This document shows positions 19,395-28,241 of a stretch of 64,000 nucleotides of DNA, piece by piece (within the stretch, counting starts at the first letter, position 1; each line of letters starts with the position of its first letter). Made by a program: the position numbers and the translations under genes. The notes beneath the pieces were generated by a model that saw only the letters and a program-made list of their open reading frames with translations, had not been told where the DNA came from and did not search any database. Source of the DNA: Patescibacteria group bacterium (lineage in GTDB: Bacteria; Patescibacteriota; Minisyncoccia; Phycocordibacterales; PALSA-1337); assembly GCA_028865615.1 (NCBI GenBank), contig JAGWJT010000001.1, positions 1,601-65,600 on the forward strand, written 5' to 3'.

Positions 19395-20246
19395 TTATGA
19401 AGACGATAGGCCACAGATACCAAAGACTCGACCGGCGTTCCGGAGCAATGCCGCCTCGACGGTTTCGACCGGCAGCTTCTTTATCATTGCGATCTTCTCG
19501 ACCACGGCCGACACATATGACGGCTCGTTGCGCTCCCCGCGATGAGGAACGGGTGCAACGAACGGACAGTCCGTCTCGGCATGCATCATGTCTAGCGGTA
19601 CATATTCGACCAATTCGGCATACTGCTTGGCAAAAGTGATGACGCCAGTGAACGACAGAGTGAAGCCGATGTCCAAGAATCTGCGAGCCTGCTCTACCGT
19701 ACCTGCAAAGAAGTGGGCGTTGCCTTTGACCTCGGCGCGCGACTTCAGGATCTCAAGCGCGTCATCGTATGCCTCGCGGATGTGTAGCATGAGGGGCTTG
19801 TTGAACTCGTTGGCCAGATCTATCTGGGCTTCAAAAGCCGCCTTTTGCCTGGCTTTGGCGGCCGGTTCGGCATTTGACCTGTAGTAGTCCAGGCCGACCT
19901 CCCCTACTCCGACTACTTTGGGATGCTTGATGAGCTCGCGGTATCGGTCAGCGTCAAAATCTTCGCCGCGCGACGTGAATCCGGAGGCATTGGCATTACC
20001 ATTATCCCCCAATTCTTCATTATCATGGAATGAAGCGGATGTGTGGATGGGATGCAAACCTATTATGGCATACACCCCATCGTACTTTTCGGCTATGTCT
20101 ACAGCCTTCCTGGACATGTCATATTGCGTGCCTACGTTAATGAACGCAGTACCAGCGTCAAGTGCCCGCCTGGCCACCACGTCCCTATCCGCGTCAAAAG
20201 CGGTGAAGTTCAGGTGGGCATGAATGTCTATGCGCTTGATTGTCAT
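19395..20246 (-). CDS. tatD: TatD-family metal-dependent DNase/hydrolase (with an internal ~25 aa Asn/Gly-rich insertion)
   Basis: 283 aa; MTIKRIDIHAHLNF (HxH), GLHP, GEVGLDY and the C-terminal motifs of TatD. Confidence 0.85.
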   Translation of the reverse strand: MTIKRIDIHAHLNFTAFDADRDVVARRALDAGTAFINVGTQYDMSRKAVDIAEKYDGVYAIIGLHPIHTSASFHDNEELGDNGNANASGFTSRGEDFDADRYRELIKHPKVVGVGEVGLDYYRSNAEPAAKARQKAAFEAQIDLANEFNKPLMLHIREAYDDALEILKSRAEVKGNAHFFAGTVEQARRFLDIGFTLSFTGVITFAKQYAELVEYVPLDMMHAETDCPFVAPVPHRGERNEPSYVSAVVEKIAMIKKLPVETVEAALLRNAGRVFGICGLSSS

Positions 20247-20264
20247 GAATTGATTCTACCAGAA

Positions 20265-20389
20265 ATGCAGGAATCAGACACCGGTTGAAGAACATTTCGC
20301 AGGAATTTTCCAGCAGGAAAATTCCGAGACATAGCGCGGCCTCTGCAGAGACCGACGCGTGTTCTGAGGCCGATGTCTGATTCCTGCAT
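20265..20389. repeat. palindromic intergenic element, copy D (outer arms atgcaggaatcaga / tctgattcctgcat)
   Basis: Same conserved core; between the tatD start and the ABC transporter stop. Confidence 0.7.
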
Positions 20390-20392
20390 CAA

Positions 20393-22240
20393 TCACTGAT
20401 GCAAACCTATCTGCAACTCATACAATCGCCTGTACTCGCCGCCTTCGATCCTGAGCAGTTCTTCATGCTTGCCCCGCTCTATGATGTGGCCGTCCTTGAA
20501 AACCAGGATGAGATCGGCGCGGCGGACCGTAGAGAGCCTGTGGGCGATGATAAAAGTGGTCTTGCCCTGCATAAGCTCATTCAAGGAATCTGTGATGGTC
20601 TTCTCCGTAGAGGCGTCTAGGGCCGACGTGGGCTCGTCAAGGATGAGGATCACGGGATCACGGAGTATGGCTCTGGCGATAGACACACGCTGCTTTTGCC
20701 CCACGGACAATTTGATGCCGCGCTCGCCTACCATCTGCTTCCACTTGTCAGGAAACTTCTCTATGAAATTCAGGGCATCGGCTTTGCGCGCCGCTTCATG
20801 CACGGCCGCTTCGTCGGCCATAAAATTGCCGTACTTGACGTTCATCTCTATGGTGTCATTGAAAAGCACCACTTCCTGCGGCACCACGGCTATCCTGGAT
20901 CGCAGATCTATCAAGTCGACTTTGCGTATGTCATGGCCATCTATCTCTACTTTCCCTTTGTCGGCAAAATGGTAGCCGGATATGAGGTCGACGAGCGTTG
21001 ATTTGCCTACGCCGGACTCGCCTACCAGAGCCACTACGTCGCCCGGCCGCGCTTCAAAGGATATGCCTTCGAGAACAGGTTTGCTCCGCTGTCCCGACCG
21101 GCCGGCCGGTAGGCCGGGCGCGTCTTCATCGTATCTGAAATCCACCCCTTCGAACCTCACGCCTCCTTTTACGGCAAATCTCTCCGCCCCGGCCGGGTGG
21201 TACGCTTCCGGCGGCAACCGCAGCATCTTCTCTGTCTCGTCCAGATTGACTATGCCGTTCTGGATGGTCTGCCACTGCCTGGCTATGGTCACGAACGGCC
21301 CGAATATCATGGCGGCGTAGGCGTTGAAAGCTATGAGCTCGCCTATGGTCATATCGCCGGCATGGATGTACAACGCGGACAATATGAATATGAGGACTTG
21401 AGTGACCAAGATAGTCAGGCGCTGATACAGAGACAGATCGCCCCAGACCTGGGTCATGCGCATCCATAGGGGCAATGCCTTCTTGGAATTGGAATTCAAT
21501 TTGTTGCGCTCGTACTCCTCGGCCGTGGCCTGCTTGACTGCCAGAGCGTTGCCGACGACCTCGTAGTTGTCGCCCCAGACGGACTTGAAAAGGATGTCAT
21601 AGTATTCCTTCTGGTAGCCGGCCAGAGGTCCTATCTTTCTGACCAGGACAAAGACGTATATGAGCAGGCCGGCGATCAGTATGAGGGCCAGCAACGGCTT
21701 CATATAGAAAGCGATGCCGAAAGCGATGACTATAGACAGTATCTGTGGCGCCAAGTCTATGACGATGTTCCCTGCGATGGTCTCCAATGATCCCGCGGCG
21801 GTGTTGATCTTGCCGGCCACTTCGCCTATCTTGTTCTTCTTGTGGAATGACATGGGCAAGAGCAGCAGGAAGCCGAAGCCGTTGGCAAGATAATCCAGCC
21901 AAACGGTGTTGGAGAAGTACTGGCTCATGATGTTGATGCGCCAGTCCAAGAAGTAAGTGACGAGCTGTATGACGGTCCATAGGACAAGCACGGCGATGTA
22001 TAGAGCCACGGCATAGCCCATAAATGAGACCGTGGCGGGGCTGACCAGGGCGTCAAAGAATTTTCCGGCTATATACGGTATGGTGCCGTTGCCCAGGGCG
22101 GACAGTATGCCCATGACGGACAGGATGACAATCTGGCGCCTGTATCGGCCCATGTACGAGAAAAGGACCTTGGAACCCGTGACCAGGCCTTCCTTGGTGA
22201 TCTTGCTGTCTTTAGGCTTTTGCTCGTCTTCCGGTTGCAT
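20393..22240 (-). CDS. ABC transporter, fused permease/ATP-binding protein (MsbA/multidrug-exporter type)
   Basis: 615 aa; 6 TM N-terminal domain then NBD with Walker A GESGVGKST, signature LSVGQKQRVSIAR and Walker B ILILDEPTSALD. Confidence 0.85.
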   Translation of the reverse strand: MQPEDEQKPKDSKITKEGLVTGSKVLFSYMGRYRRQIVILSVMGILSALGNGTIPYIAGKFFDALVSPATVSFMGYAVALYIAVLVLWTVIQLVTYFLDWRINIMSQYFSNTVWLDYLANGFGFLLLLPMSFHKKNKIGEVAGKINTAAGSLETIAGNIVIDLAPQILSIVIAFGIAFYMKPLLALILIAGLLIYVFVLVRKIGPLAGYQKEYYDILFKSVWGDNYEVVGNALAVKQATAEEYERNKLNSNSKKALPLWMRMTQVWGDLSLYQRLTILVTQVLIFILSALYIHAGDMTIGELIAFNAYAAMIFGPFVTIARQWQTIQNGIVNLDETEKMLRLPPEAYHPAGAERFAVKGGVRFEGVDFRYDEDAPGLPAGRSGQRSKPVLEGISFEARPGDVVALVGESGVGKSTLVDLISGYHFADKGKVEIDGHDIRKVDLIDLRSRIAVVPQEVVLFNDTIEMNVKYGNFMADEAAVHEAARKADALNFIEKFPDKWKQMVGERGIKLSVGQKQRVSIARAILRDPVILILDEPTSALDASTEKTITDSLNELMQGKTTFIIAHRLSTVRRADLILVFKDGHIIERGKHEELLRIEGGEYRRLYELQIGLHQ

Positions 22241-22434
22241 GAATATTGAAAATCATTTTAGCACACATACCGCCAAGCTACTCTTTACAAACACGGTCAA
22301 TTATGGTACCATCTATATCAGATTGATGCTTGTTCGTTGACAAGCTTTGGAGGCCCCGCCTCCGTCGATCTCAACCAAAACCTGCCGATTTTGCTCCCAA
22401 CGGGAGCAACCATCGGCGCAAAAAGGATCAAGCG

Positions 22435-23526
22435 ATGAAAAATCGTATGTTCAGCCTGATCGTGGCTTTCGCGATCGTCCAAGAATCGTCTGTCATCGCC
22501 GCCCTCAAAGCGCCGATGACAGTCGCTCAAGAAGCGGCCATGTTGGCGGCCATCACGCCGACCAACGCCGCGGTAGCCGCTAAAATTGTAACCAAACATG
22601 GATTTACTTTGGCTTCTGCCTCGCTGGATACTACCGGCTCGTCTGGCCAACAAAGCCAGCCGCTAAGTATCATCCCCCCGTCGTCACTGCCGGACTCGTT
22701 GCCGATCGGAAATCTCGATAAGATGCTCGACTACATGGTGAGCAATGCCGCGTATCCTGATTTTAGGTTGAGCTTCTCCACAACTACAAATAGTTACCAA
22801 TACTATGAACGGACCTATGGCGGCGTCCTAAAATTCGACTCATACGCATCTTTCGAACAATGTATGATGACGAACTGTTGGTATGTATACACAAACTTCA
22901 TTGCTTCCAGAACAGATGTTACGTCACCTATCGGATTAACGGTGATCGTTAACTACGACCCGGTTATATTAAACAGTGGCTTAATAATATTAACCAATAA
23001 TGTCGGCTATGTCGGAAGCATTACTTCCAATAGTTTCCTCGGCATTACCAATGCGTTTAACCGGTTGCGTCCACCTGTTATAGTCAGCGGACTGTCTCAG
23101 TTCAAAGTAACGGTTGACGTCAATCCTCCGTATTCCTATACGTGGACGGCGTCCGGACAAAATTCACCGAAAGTCATCGGCGGATATCCGATAGAATGGA
23201 CGACAAATGGAGTGGTGATATTGAACCAATGGTATGGCATGGGTCAATACAGAGCACGGTTCACCATAACGGCCAACGGTCAGACCAGGACATATACCCA
23301 ATCAGGCTCTCCGTTGCAGGGCGCAGAGTTGTCCATGACGAGCCGTTCAAACCTCTTGGTATCAATGACAAGCGGTTCAGACACTTACATTGAAGCATCA
23401 ACCAATCTAACTGACTGGACTACCGTGACGAATTTCCCATGGCAGTTCACCGGCATGACGAATTGCACTTCCATAATCATTGATCCTGACCTGCCAGAAC
23501 AATTCTTCAGGGCCAGGTCGGAATAA
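22435..23526 (+). CDS. hypothetical secreted protein sharing a C-terminal ~60 aa module with the 4129..6933 protein
   Basis: Start chosen at the ATG at 22435 (MKNRMFSLIVAFAIV); C-terminus YIEASTNLTDWTTV...TNC...FFRARSE parallels YTIQASTNLASTDWQNIA...TNCPFRFYRAVSQ. Confidence 0.5.
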   Translation: MKNRMFSLIVAFAIVQESSVIAALKAPMTVAQEAAMLAAITPTNAAVAAKIVTKHGFTLASASLDTTGSSGQQSQPLSIIPPSSLPDSLPIGNLDKMLDYMVSNAAYPDFRLSFSTTTNSYQYYERTYGGVLKFDSYASFEQCMMTNCWYVYTNFIASRTDVTSPIGLTVIVNYDPVILNSGLIILTNNVGYVGSITSNSFLGITNAFNRLRPPVIVSGLSQFKVTVDVNPPYSYTWTASGQNSPKVIGGYPIEWTTNGVVILNQWYGMGQYRARFTITANGQTRTYTQSGSPLQGAELSMTSRSNLLVSMTSGSDTYIEASTNLTDWTTVTNFPWQFTGMTNCTSIIIDPDLPEQFFRARSE

Positions 23527-23576
23527 ACTCGGAACGAACAAAGTCCCCGGAGCTTAGAGCTGCCGGGGCATTTTTA

Positions 23577-24926
23577 TCACTTTTCTGATTCGGATGAGGA
23601 ATTCAGATTCAGGATAACCGGGTTACCATCATTGCTATACGTATCATTTCCACCACCTGGAACTCCGGTATACTGACAGTATATTGAGAATGTATAAGTG
23701 CCAGCTTTTGCTCCAGTTGTATCAAAAGGAGCAGAACCGCTGGGACCAGCACCCCATCCACTTGACCAACCAGAATTAGTCTGCGCATAACAGGTATAAT
23801 CACTCAAACCTGACAACGAGTTAGCCCACGCCAACTCGAATTTCTGACCAACAGACAAATTTAGAGATGTCCTTGTAGCGTTGCCGGGAACTCCTATGTT
23901 TAGTGATACTGGATAAGTATTGTTAACTTGTGTTCCGCTTACAATTACGGTGCCGCATTGGTTGGCGGTACTCCCCATGATATATTTGCCCGTCGAATCA
24001 TATACAGCGACTCCGGGCGAATACGAATTGTCGGTCTTGTTAGTATTTGATGGATAATTGAATGTATAATTCACCGTATTATCTCCTTGAGACAGAGCCG
24101 TGTATGAAGAATAATTACCCGTTCCATCCAAGAATCTATACTTATACCCCGATGAAGCAGGGACATTCGTCACCGTAGCAGTGACCTTGACTCCACCTCC
24201 ATTTGATGACAACGACAGAGGGCTAGCTGAACAAGAACTTATAGACACCGTGCTCCCGCAATTGCCGCCAGGACAGTTGTTGATGATTATGCCTTGGCCG
24301 TTGCTGCCTGGGATGTCGAACTGGAGCCAGCCGACGACAGGGCCGCCCCAGGCATAGCCGCTGAAAGCACCGGTTGAAGGATTCATGTAAACTCCGCCGC
24401 CCGGTGCCGACGAAGGACTCGGGCTGGGACTGGAGCTAGAGCTCGGACTGCCGGAAGAAGAAGGTGATGGGCTTGAGCTCGGACCGGAACTTGATTGGGT
24501 CGCTATGGAAGGGTGATTTGCTCCCGAAAGCTCTATCCATCCGTCCCAGCCGTCAGTGCGTCCTTTACCGGACAAAGCCATAGCCCAGCCGGTGACGGCA
24601 CCTGTAGACAAATTGACGCGAGGACCGCATATGCCGTTGGCGGGGACTACCGGACAACCGGCAACATCGCTATCATTGAAATAGATCCAACCTATATTTG
24701 AAGACCACAAGTATCCGGATATGACGCCGCTACTGTTCACGGTCAATGAATACGGCCCGCCGCCGCCCGCGCCGGATTGGGTGGAGCTGGCGCTGACCCA
24801 GCCTATGGTCGACGACCAGGCCCAGCCGCTAGATTGCCCGCCGGTGATCTGGGCGCTCACTCCTATGATGCCCACGGCCAGAACGGCCAGCGCTAATATG
24901 CTCAAGGTATAGATGTGTTTTTTCAT
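23577..24926 (-). CDS. secreted protein with a Ser/Pro-rich linker and repeated GW-containing beta-strand motifs
   Basis: 449 aa; signal peptide; SSSGPSSSPSPSSSGSPSSSSSPSPSPSS linker; repeats TIGWVSA, NIGWIYF, VTGWAMA, VVGWLQF. Confidence 0.6.
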   Translation of the reverse strand: MKKHIYTLSILALAVLAVGIIGVSAQITGGQSSGWAWSSTIGWVSASSTQSGAGGGGPYSLTVNSSGVISGYLWSSNIGWIYFNDSDVAGCPVVPANGICGPRVNLSTGAVTGWAMALSGKGRTDGWDGWIELSGANHPSIATQSSSGPSSSPSPSSSGSPSSSSSPSPSPSSAPGGGVYMNPSTGAFSGYAWGGPVVGWLQFDIPGSNGQGIIINNCPGGNCGSTVSISSCSASPLSLSSNGGGVKVTATVTNVPASSGYKYRFLDGTGNYSSYTALSQGDNTVNYTFNYPSNTNKTDNSYSPGVAVYDSTGKYIMGSTANQCGTVIVSGTQVNNTYPVSLNIGVPGNATRTSLNLSVGQKFELAWANSLSGLSDYTCYAQTNSGWSSGWGAGPSGSAPFDTTGAKAGTYTFSIYCQYTGVPGGGNDTYSNDGNPVILNLNSSSESEK

Positions 24927-24967
24927 GCCATAATTTTACCATTAATGCGCGGAACGCACTTGGTGAC

Positions 24968-24976
24968 TGTGGATAA
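24968..24976. promoter_or_regulatory. perfect DnaA-box 9-mer (TGTGGATAA = reverse complement of TTATCCACA)
   Basis: Exact match to the consensus; single copy, so probably a regulatory site or chance rather than an origin. Confidence 0.25.
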
Positions 24977-25154
24977 CGGCGTCTATCATCCGCGGACCGG
25001 CAATATGACAGTGAAAACCTAGCCTTTCCCGCGGCCGGCGAACTCAGCTTTGACTTTGATGGTTTTGGGGAACATCCATAGCAGATATGTCAGCACATTT
25101 CATCGGTTACGCCTCGCGGCTTCACACCGACACGTCCTGCCGAACCCCGCAAGA

Positions 25155-25182
25155 TTGACAAGCAGAGCCAAAAGCATATAAT
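25155..25182 (+). promoter_or_regulatory. near-consensus sigma70-type promoter TTGACA-N16-TATAAT
   Basis: ttgaca (25155-25160) and tataat (25177-25182) read directly from the sequence. Confidence 0.5.
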
Positions 25183-25188
25183 TGCCAG

Positions 25189-25345
25189 CAATTAGATCAT
25201 TTCCGATGTAGTAAACAGCCCCCAAGTCTACGGCCTTGATCAACCAGCGGTTGCAAAGGCGTTGAGGGGTACGGGGTCCCTCCGGAACAATCTTGCTCCG
25301 CAATGCGGAGATTCTGCAAAAAGCCTTTAAGAGAGGCTTTTTGTT
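25189..25345 (+). ncRNA. candidate small RNA (~155 nt) from a consensus promoter to an intrinsic terminator; no ORF
   Basis: The transcript would run from ~25189 to the terminator at 25317-25345; it contains the hairpin ctccgc-aat-gcggag; there is no downstream + strand gene. Confidence 0.35.
25317..25345. terminator. intrinsic terminator (aaagcct-ttaagag-aggcttt + TTGTTTTT)
   Basis: Stem-loop with T-run; can also serve the minus-strand ORF ending at 25327. Confidence 0.6.
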
Positions 25346-25686
25346 TTTCTGTTCATGACGCTCAGAAAATATGGCTGTTTATCTTTGATTTGTCCGATTA
25401 TCACGACCACTTTCTTATCACCTATCGTTTTTTCGACAGACCATTCTCTGTACGAACCAGAAAGACGACAACCTATAATAGACGTTTTATCTGTCAAAAT
25501 GCTGGGTACGTGGGGTATAAGGCGTAGTCTTCTCATAATATCTTCGGCTGTATGGCCTCCATTGAAGATATGATTCCAACCCCTATGATCAAATATCACA
25601 GGCTTGTCGTCCAATGCTGCGCAACAAATGTGGCCGAACGAAAAATAGATCTGCCGTATCTTTTTGGCGAATGCGTTGTCGAACAT
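25327..25686 (-). pseudogene. possible C-terminal fragment of a metallophosphoesterase (FGHICC ... GGHTAED); low-confidence ORF
   Basis: 119 aa; weak resemblance to the C-terminal GH-x-H region of calcineurin-like phosphoesterases; the N-terminal motifs are absent. Confidence 0.25.
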
Positions 25687-25720
25687 CCACCCACCGTATC
25701 ACAGCGGTGTTCAAGAAACG

Positions 25721-25760
25721 TTCAAAAAAGTCTCAAATCGGAATCAAAAAAGAATCAAAT
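25721..25760. promoter_or_regulatory. A-rich tandem motif copy 3 (ttcaaaaaagtctcaaatcggaatcaaaaaagaatcaaat)
   Basis: Near-identical to copy 2; lies 35-75 bp upstream of the 25327..25686 minus-strand ORF start. Confidence 0.45.
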
Positions 25761-26008
25761 CCGAGTGAAGAAAATGAACCCTAGGCAACAGGCTTGTTAT
25801 ATAAGCCGACCACGGCGTCATGGAAAGATAACGTGATCACATCCGGATCGGACTAGGCCGGCACCGATATGAGCTCGCCCATGTTGACCGGTGAACACGC
25901 CGAGCAGTCCGTATATGAAAGATATGACGTTTATCTCCGGCCTGTAGAAAAGATTGAAATACGCCCATGCCAATGGCCAAGTGACGGTTTGCGATATGCG
26001 TAGAGGAT

Positions 26009-28195
26009 TCATGTGATTATCGGCCAGCTCTCCACCATGAGCGGCTTCTTGCCTTTTCCGGCGGCCAGTGCCACCGGCATATCCGACCATATCTCTTCCG
26101 TTATGTAAGGCATGAATGGATGCAAGGCGCGGAGAAGCTTGTCCAAGGTCTCAACCAAGAGACGTTTGCGCGAAGCTATGCCTTCCGCAGATTCATTTTG
26201 AAAGACATGCTTGCTGTTTTCCAATATCTGATCGGCAAACTGATGCCAAGCGTACTGATACAGTTTCTCCGCAACAATGTAGAATTTATATTCGTCCATC
26301 TCTGCCGTAATCTCCTTAAACAGTTTATCTCTAACATCTATCAGAGCGACGTCGTTTGCGGAATATGAGACGCTCATATCAACATCATTTACATTCTCGA
26401 ATATGAACCTGGCTATGTTCCACAGCTTGTTGGCAAATTTTTTGTAGGCTGAGACCTTGCCTTCTGACAATGCCAGCGACGTACCGGGCGTATTGCCTAT
26501 GACCATTCCCATACGAAATGCGTCCGTTCCAAATTTGGCCGTCAGTGTCAACGGATCTATAACATTGCCTTTACTCTTGCTCATCTTTTGGCCTTTAGCA
26601 TCCAGAACCAGACCATGCAGATAGACAGTCTTGAAAGGCATCTTGCCAGTAACATACAATCCCAACATAATCATGCGCGATACCCAGAAAAATATTATTT
26701 CTCCTGCAGTCTCCATGACATCGGTAGGATAATATGTTTTAAAATCCTCACTTCCCGGAAATCCCAGAGAAGCGAAAGGCCACTGTGACGATGAGAACCA
26801 TGTATCGAACGTATCGTTATCTTTGATTAGATCTCCGCCACACTTTGCACACGTTCTTAACTTGTCATCGAGATCGACAAAACCTTCTCCGCATTTCTGA
26901 CATATCTTTGCCGGTATGGGTATGCCCCATACAATCTGCCTAGATATATTCCAGTCGATTATATTCTCAAGCCAATGGGTAGTTATCTTCTTGTAATGTT
27001 CAGGTATATACTCTATCTCCCCGGATTTGATCTTTTCCAAAGCTTTATCAGCCAACGGTTTCATATGGACAAACCATTGGCTCTTTATCTGCGGTTCTAT
27101 TATCGTGCCGCATTTGTAACATGTACGCACCACATGCTTATAATTCATATCTGTTTTTTCCACCAAACCTTTAGCTTTGAGTTTCTCTATGATGAGCGGT
27201 CTAGCTTTCTTGATATTCATTCCGACAAATTCTCCGGCTATCGGTAATAGCTTACCTCGCTCGTCTATTATCTGTTCCTTGTCCAGATGATGGCGCTCGG
27301 CTATTTCGAAATCCACCGGATCGTGCCAAGGCGTTATCGTCATGACGCCAGTACCAAATTCCATGTCTATCGCCTTATCCTTAATGATGGTAGCGGTTAT
27401 CGGACCGTTGATCCATTCCAGGCTTATCTTTTGGCCATCTTCGTACTCGGCATATCTCTTATCGTCTGGATGCATGACTACGTACTTGTCACCAAACTTA
27501 GTCTCTGGTCTGGATGTAGCTATAGTGAATGGGCCATATTTCAAATAATAGAATTCCTCCGTACGTTCTTCATCTTTTATTTCAAGGTCAGAGAAAGAGG
27601 TCTGATGCTTGGGACACCAAGATACGATGCGTTTGCCTCTATAGAGCAGACCGTCTTCAGACAATCTTTTGAATGTGTCATATACCGTTCTTACGATATC
27701 ATTGTCCAAAGTGAATTTTTCTCGAGACCAATCGCATGAAGCGCCGATCTTCTTGATCTGTTCCTTTATGTTCGCCGAATTAGTCAAAGTAAAATCAAGT
27801 ATTTCCTGATATAGCTTCTTTGGCTCTATCTCGAATCTAGTCCTTCCTTCTTTCTCAAGCTTTTTCTCATAAACTACTTGCGTCTCGAAACCGGCATGGT
27901 CTAGACCAGGTAACCACAAGGTACGATATCCTCGCATCCTTTTATAACGAGTCATTATGTCTTCAATGGTCATAACCAAGCCGTGACCGGCATGCAACGA
28001 CCCATTAGCATTAGTAGGCGGCATTATTATAGTAAAAGGTTTGGCCATATCGGTGACAAGGCCATCTTCCAAACATTTATCCGGGTTGAAATAACCGCTG
28101 TCCTGCCACAGCTTGTAAATGCGTCCCTCTACGGCCGCCGGGTCATATGGTTTCAAGAATTTGTCCGGAGCCTTGCTGGGCGGCTTTTCATTCAT
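26009..28195 (-). CDS. valS: valyl-tRNA synthetase (short form without the C-terminal coiled-coil)
   Basis: Class I aaRS with PPTNANGSLHAGH (HIGH) and KMSKSKGN; start assigned to MNEKPPSKAP (28195) to avoid overlap with the divergent tsaD. Confidence 0.9.
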   Translation of the reverse strand: MNEKPPSKAPDKFLKPYDPAAVEGRIYKLWQDSGYFNPDKCLEDGLVTDMAKPFTIIMPPTNANGSLHAGHGLVMTIEDIMTRYKRMRGYRTLWLPGLDHAGFETQVVYEKKLEKEGRTRFEIEPKKLYQEILDFTLTNSANIKEQIKKIGASCDWSREKFTLDNDIVRTVYDTFKRLSEDGLLYRGKRIVSWCPKHQTSFSDLEIKDEERTEEFYYLKYGPFTIATSRPETKFGDKYVVMHPDDKRYAEYEDGQKISLEWINGPITATIIKDKAIDMEFGTGVMTITPWHDPVDFEIAERHHLDKEQIIDERGKLLPIAGEFVGMNIKKARPLIIEKLKAKGLVEKTDMNYKHVVRTCYKCGTIIEPQIKSQWFVHMKPLADKALEKIKSGEIEYIPEHYKKITTHWLENIIDWNISRQIVWGIPIPAKICQKCGEGFVDLDDKLRTCAKCGGDLIKDNDTFDTWFSSSQWPFASLGFPGSEDFKTYYPTDVMETAGEIIFFWVSRMIMLGLYVTGKMPFKTVYLHGLVLDAKGQKMSKSKGNVIDPLTLTAKFGTDAFRMGMVIGNTPGTSLALSEGKVSAYKKFANKLWNIARFIFENVNDVDMSVSYSANDVALIDVRDKLFKEITAEMDEYKFYIVAEKLYQYAWHQFADQILENSKHVFQNESAEGIASRKRLLVETLDKLLRALHPFMPYITEEIWSDMPVALAAGKGKKPLMVESWPIIT

Positions 28196-28241
28196 GCCAG
28201 AAATACTAGCAAAAATCCCGCCAAAACGGTATCTTTGAGCC

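Noticed and set aside
13931-20389. Possibility that the repeated palindromic elements form a CRISPR array
   Set aside because: The copies are 0.4-20 kb apart rather than forming a regular repeat-spacer array. Each is itself a long palindrome, and no cas genes are present.
24968-24976. Replication origin inferred from the perfect DnaA box
   Set aside because: Only a single box was found by eye. No dnaA or dnaN gene and no clustered boxes or AT-rich unwinding element are adjacent. It is reported only as a possible regulatory site.
25818-26090. 90-aa minus-strand ORF at the valS 3' end
   Set aside because: It overlaps the end of valS in another frame and has no recognisable similarity.
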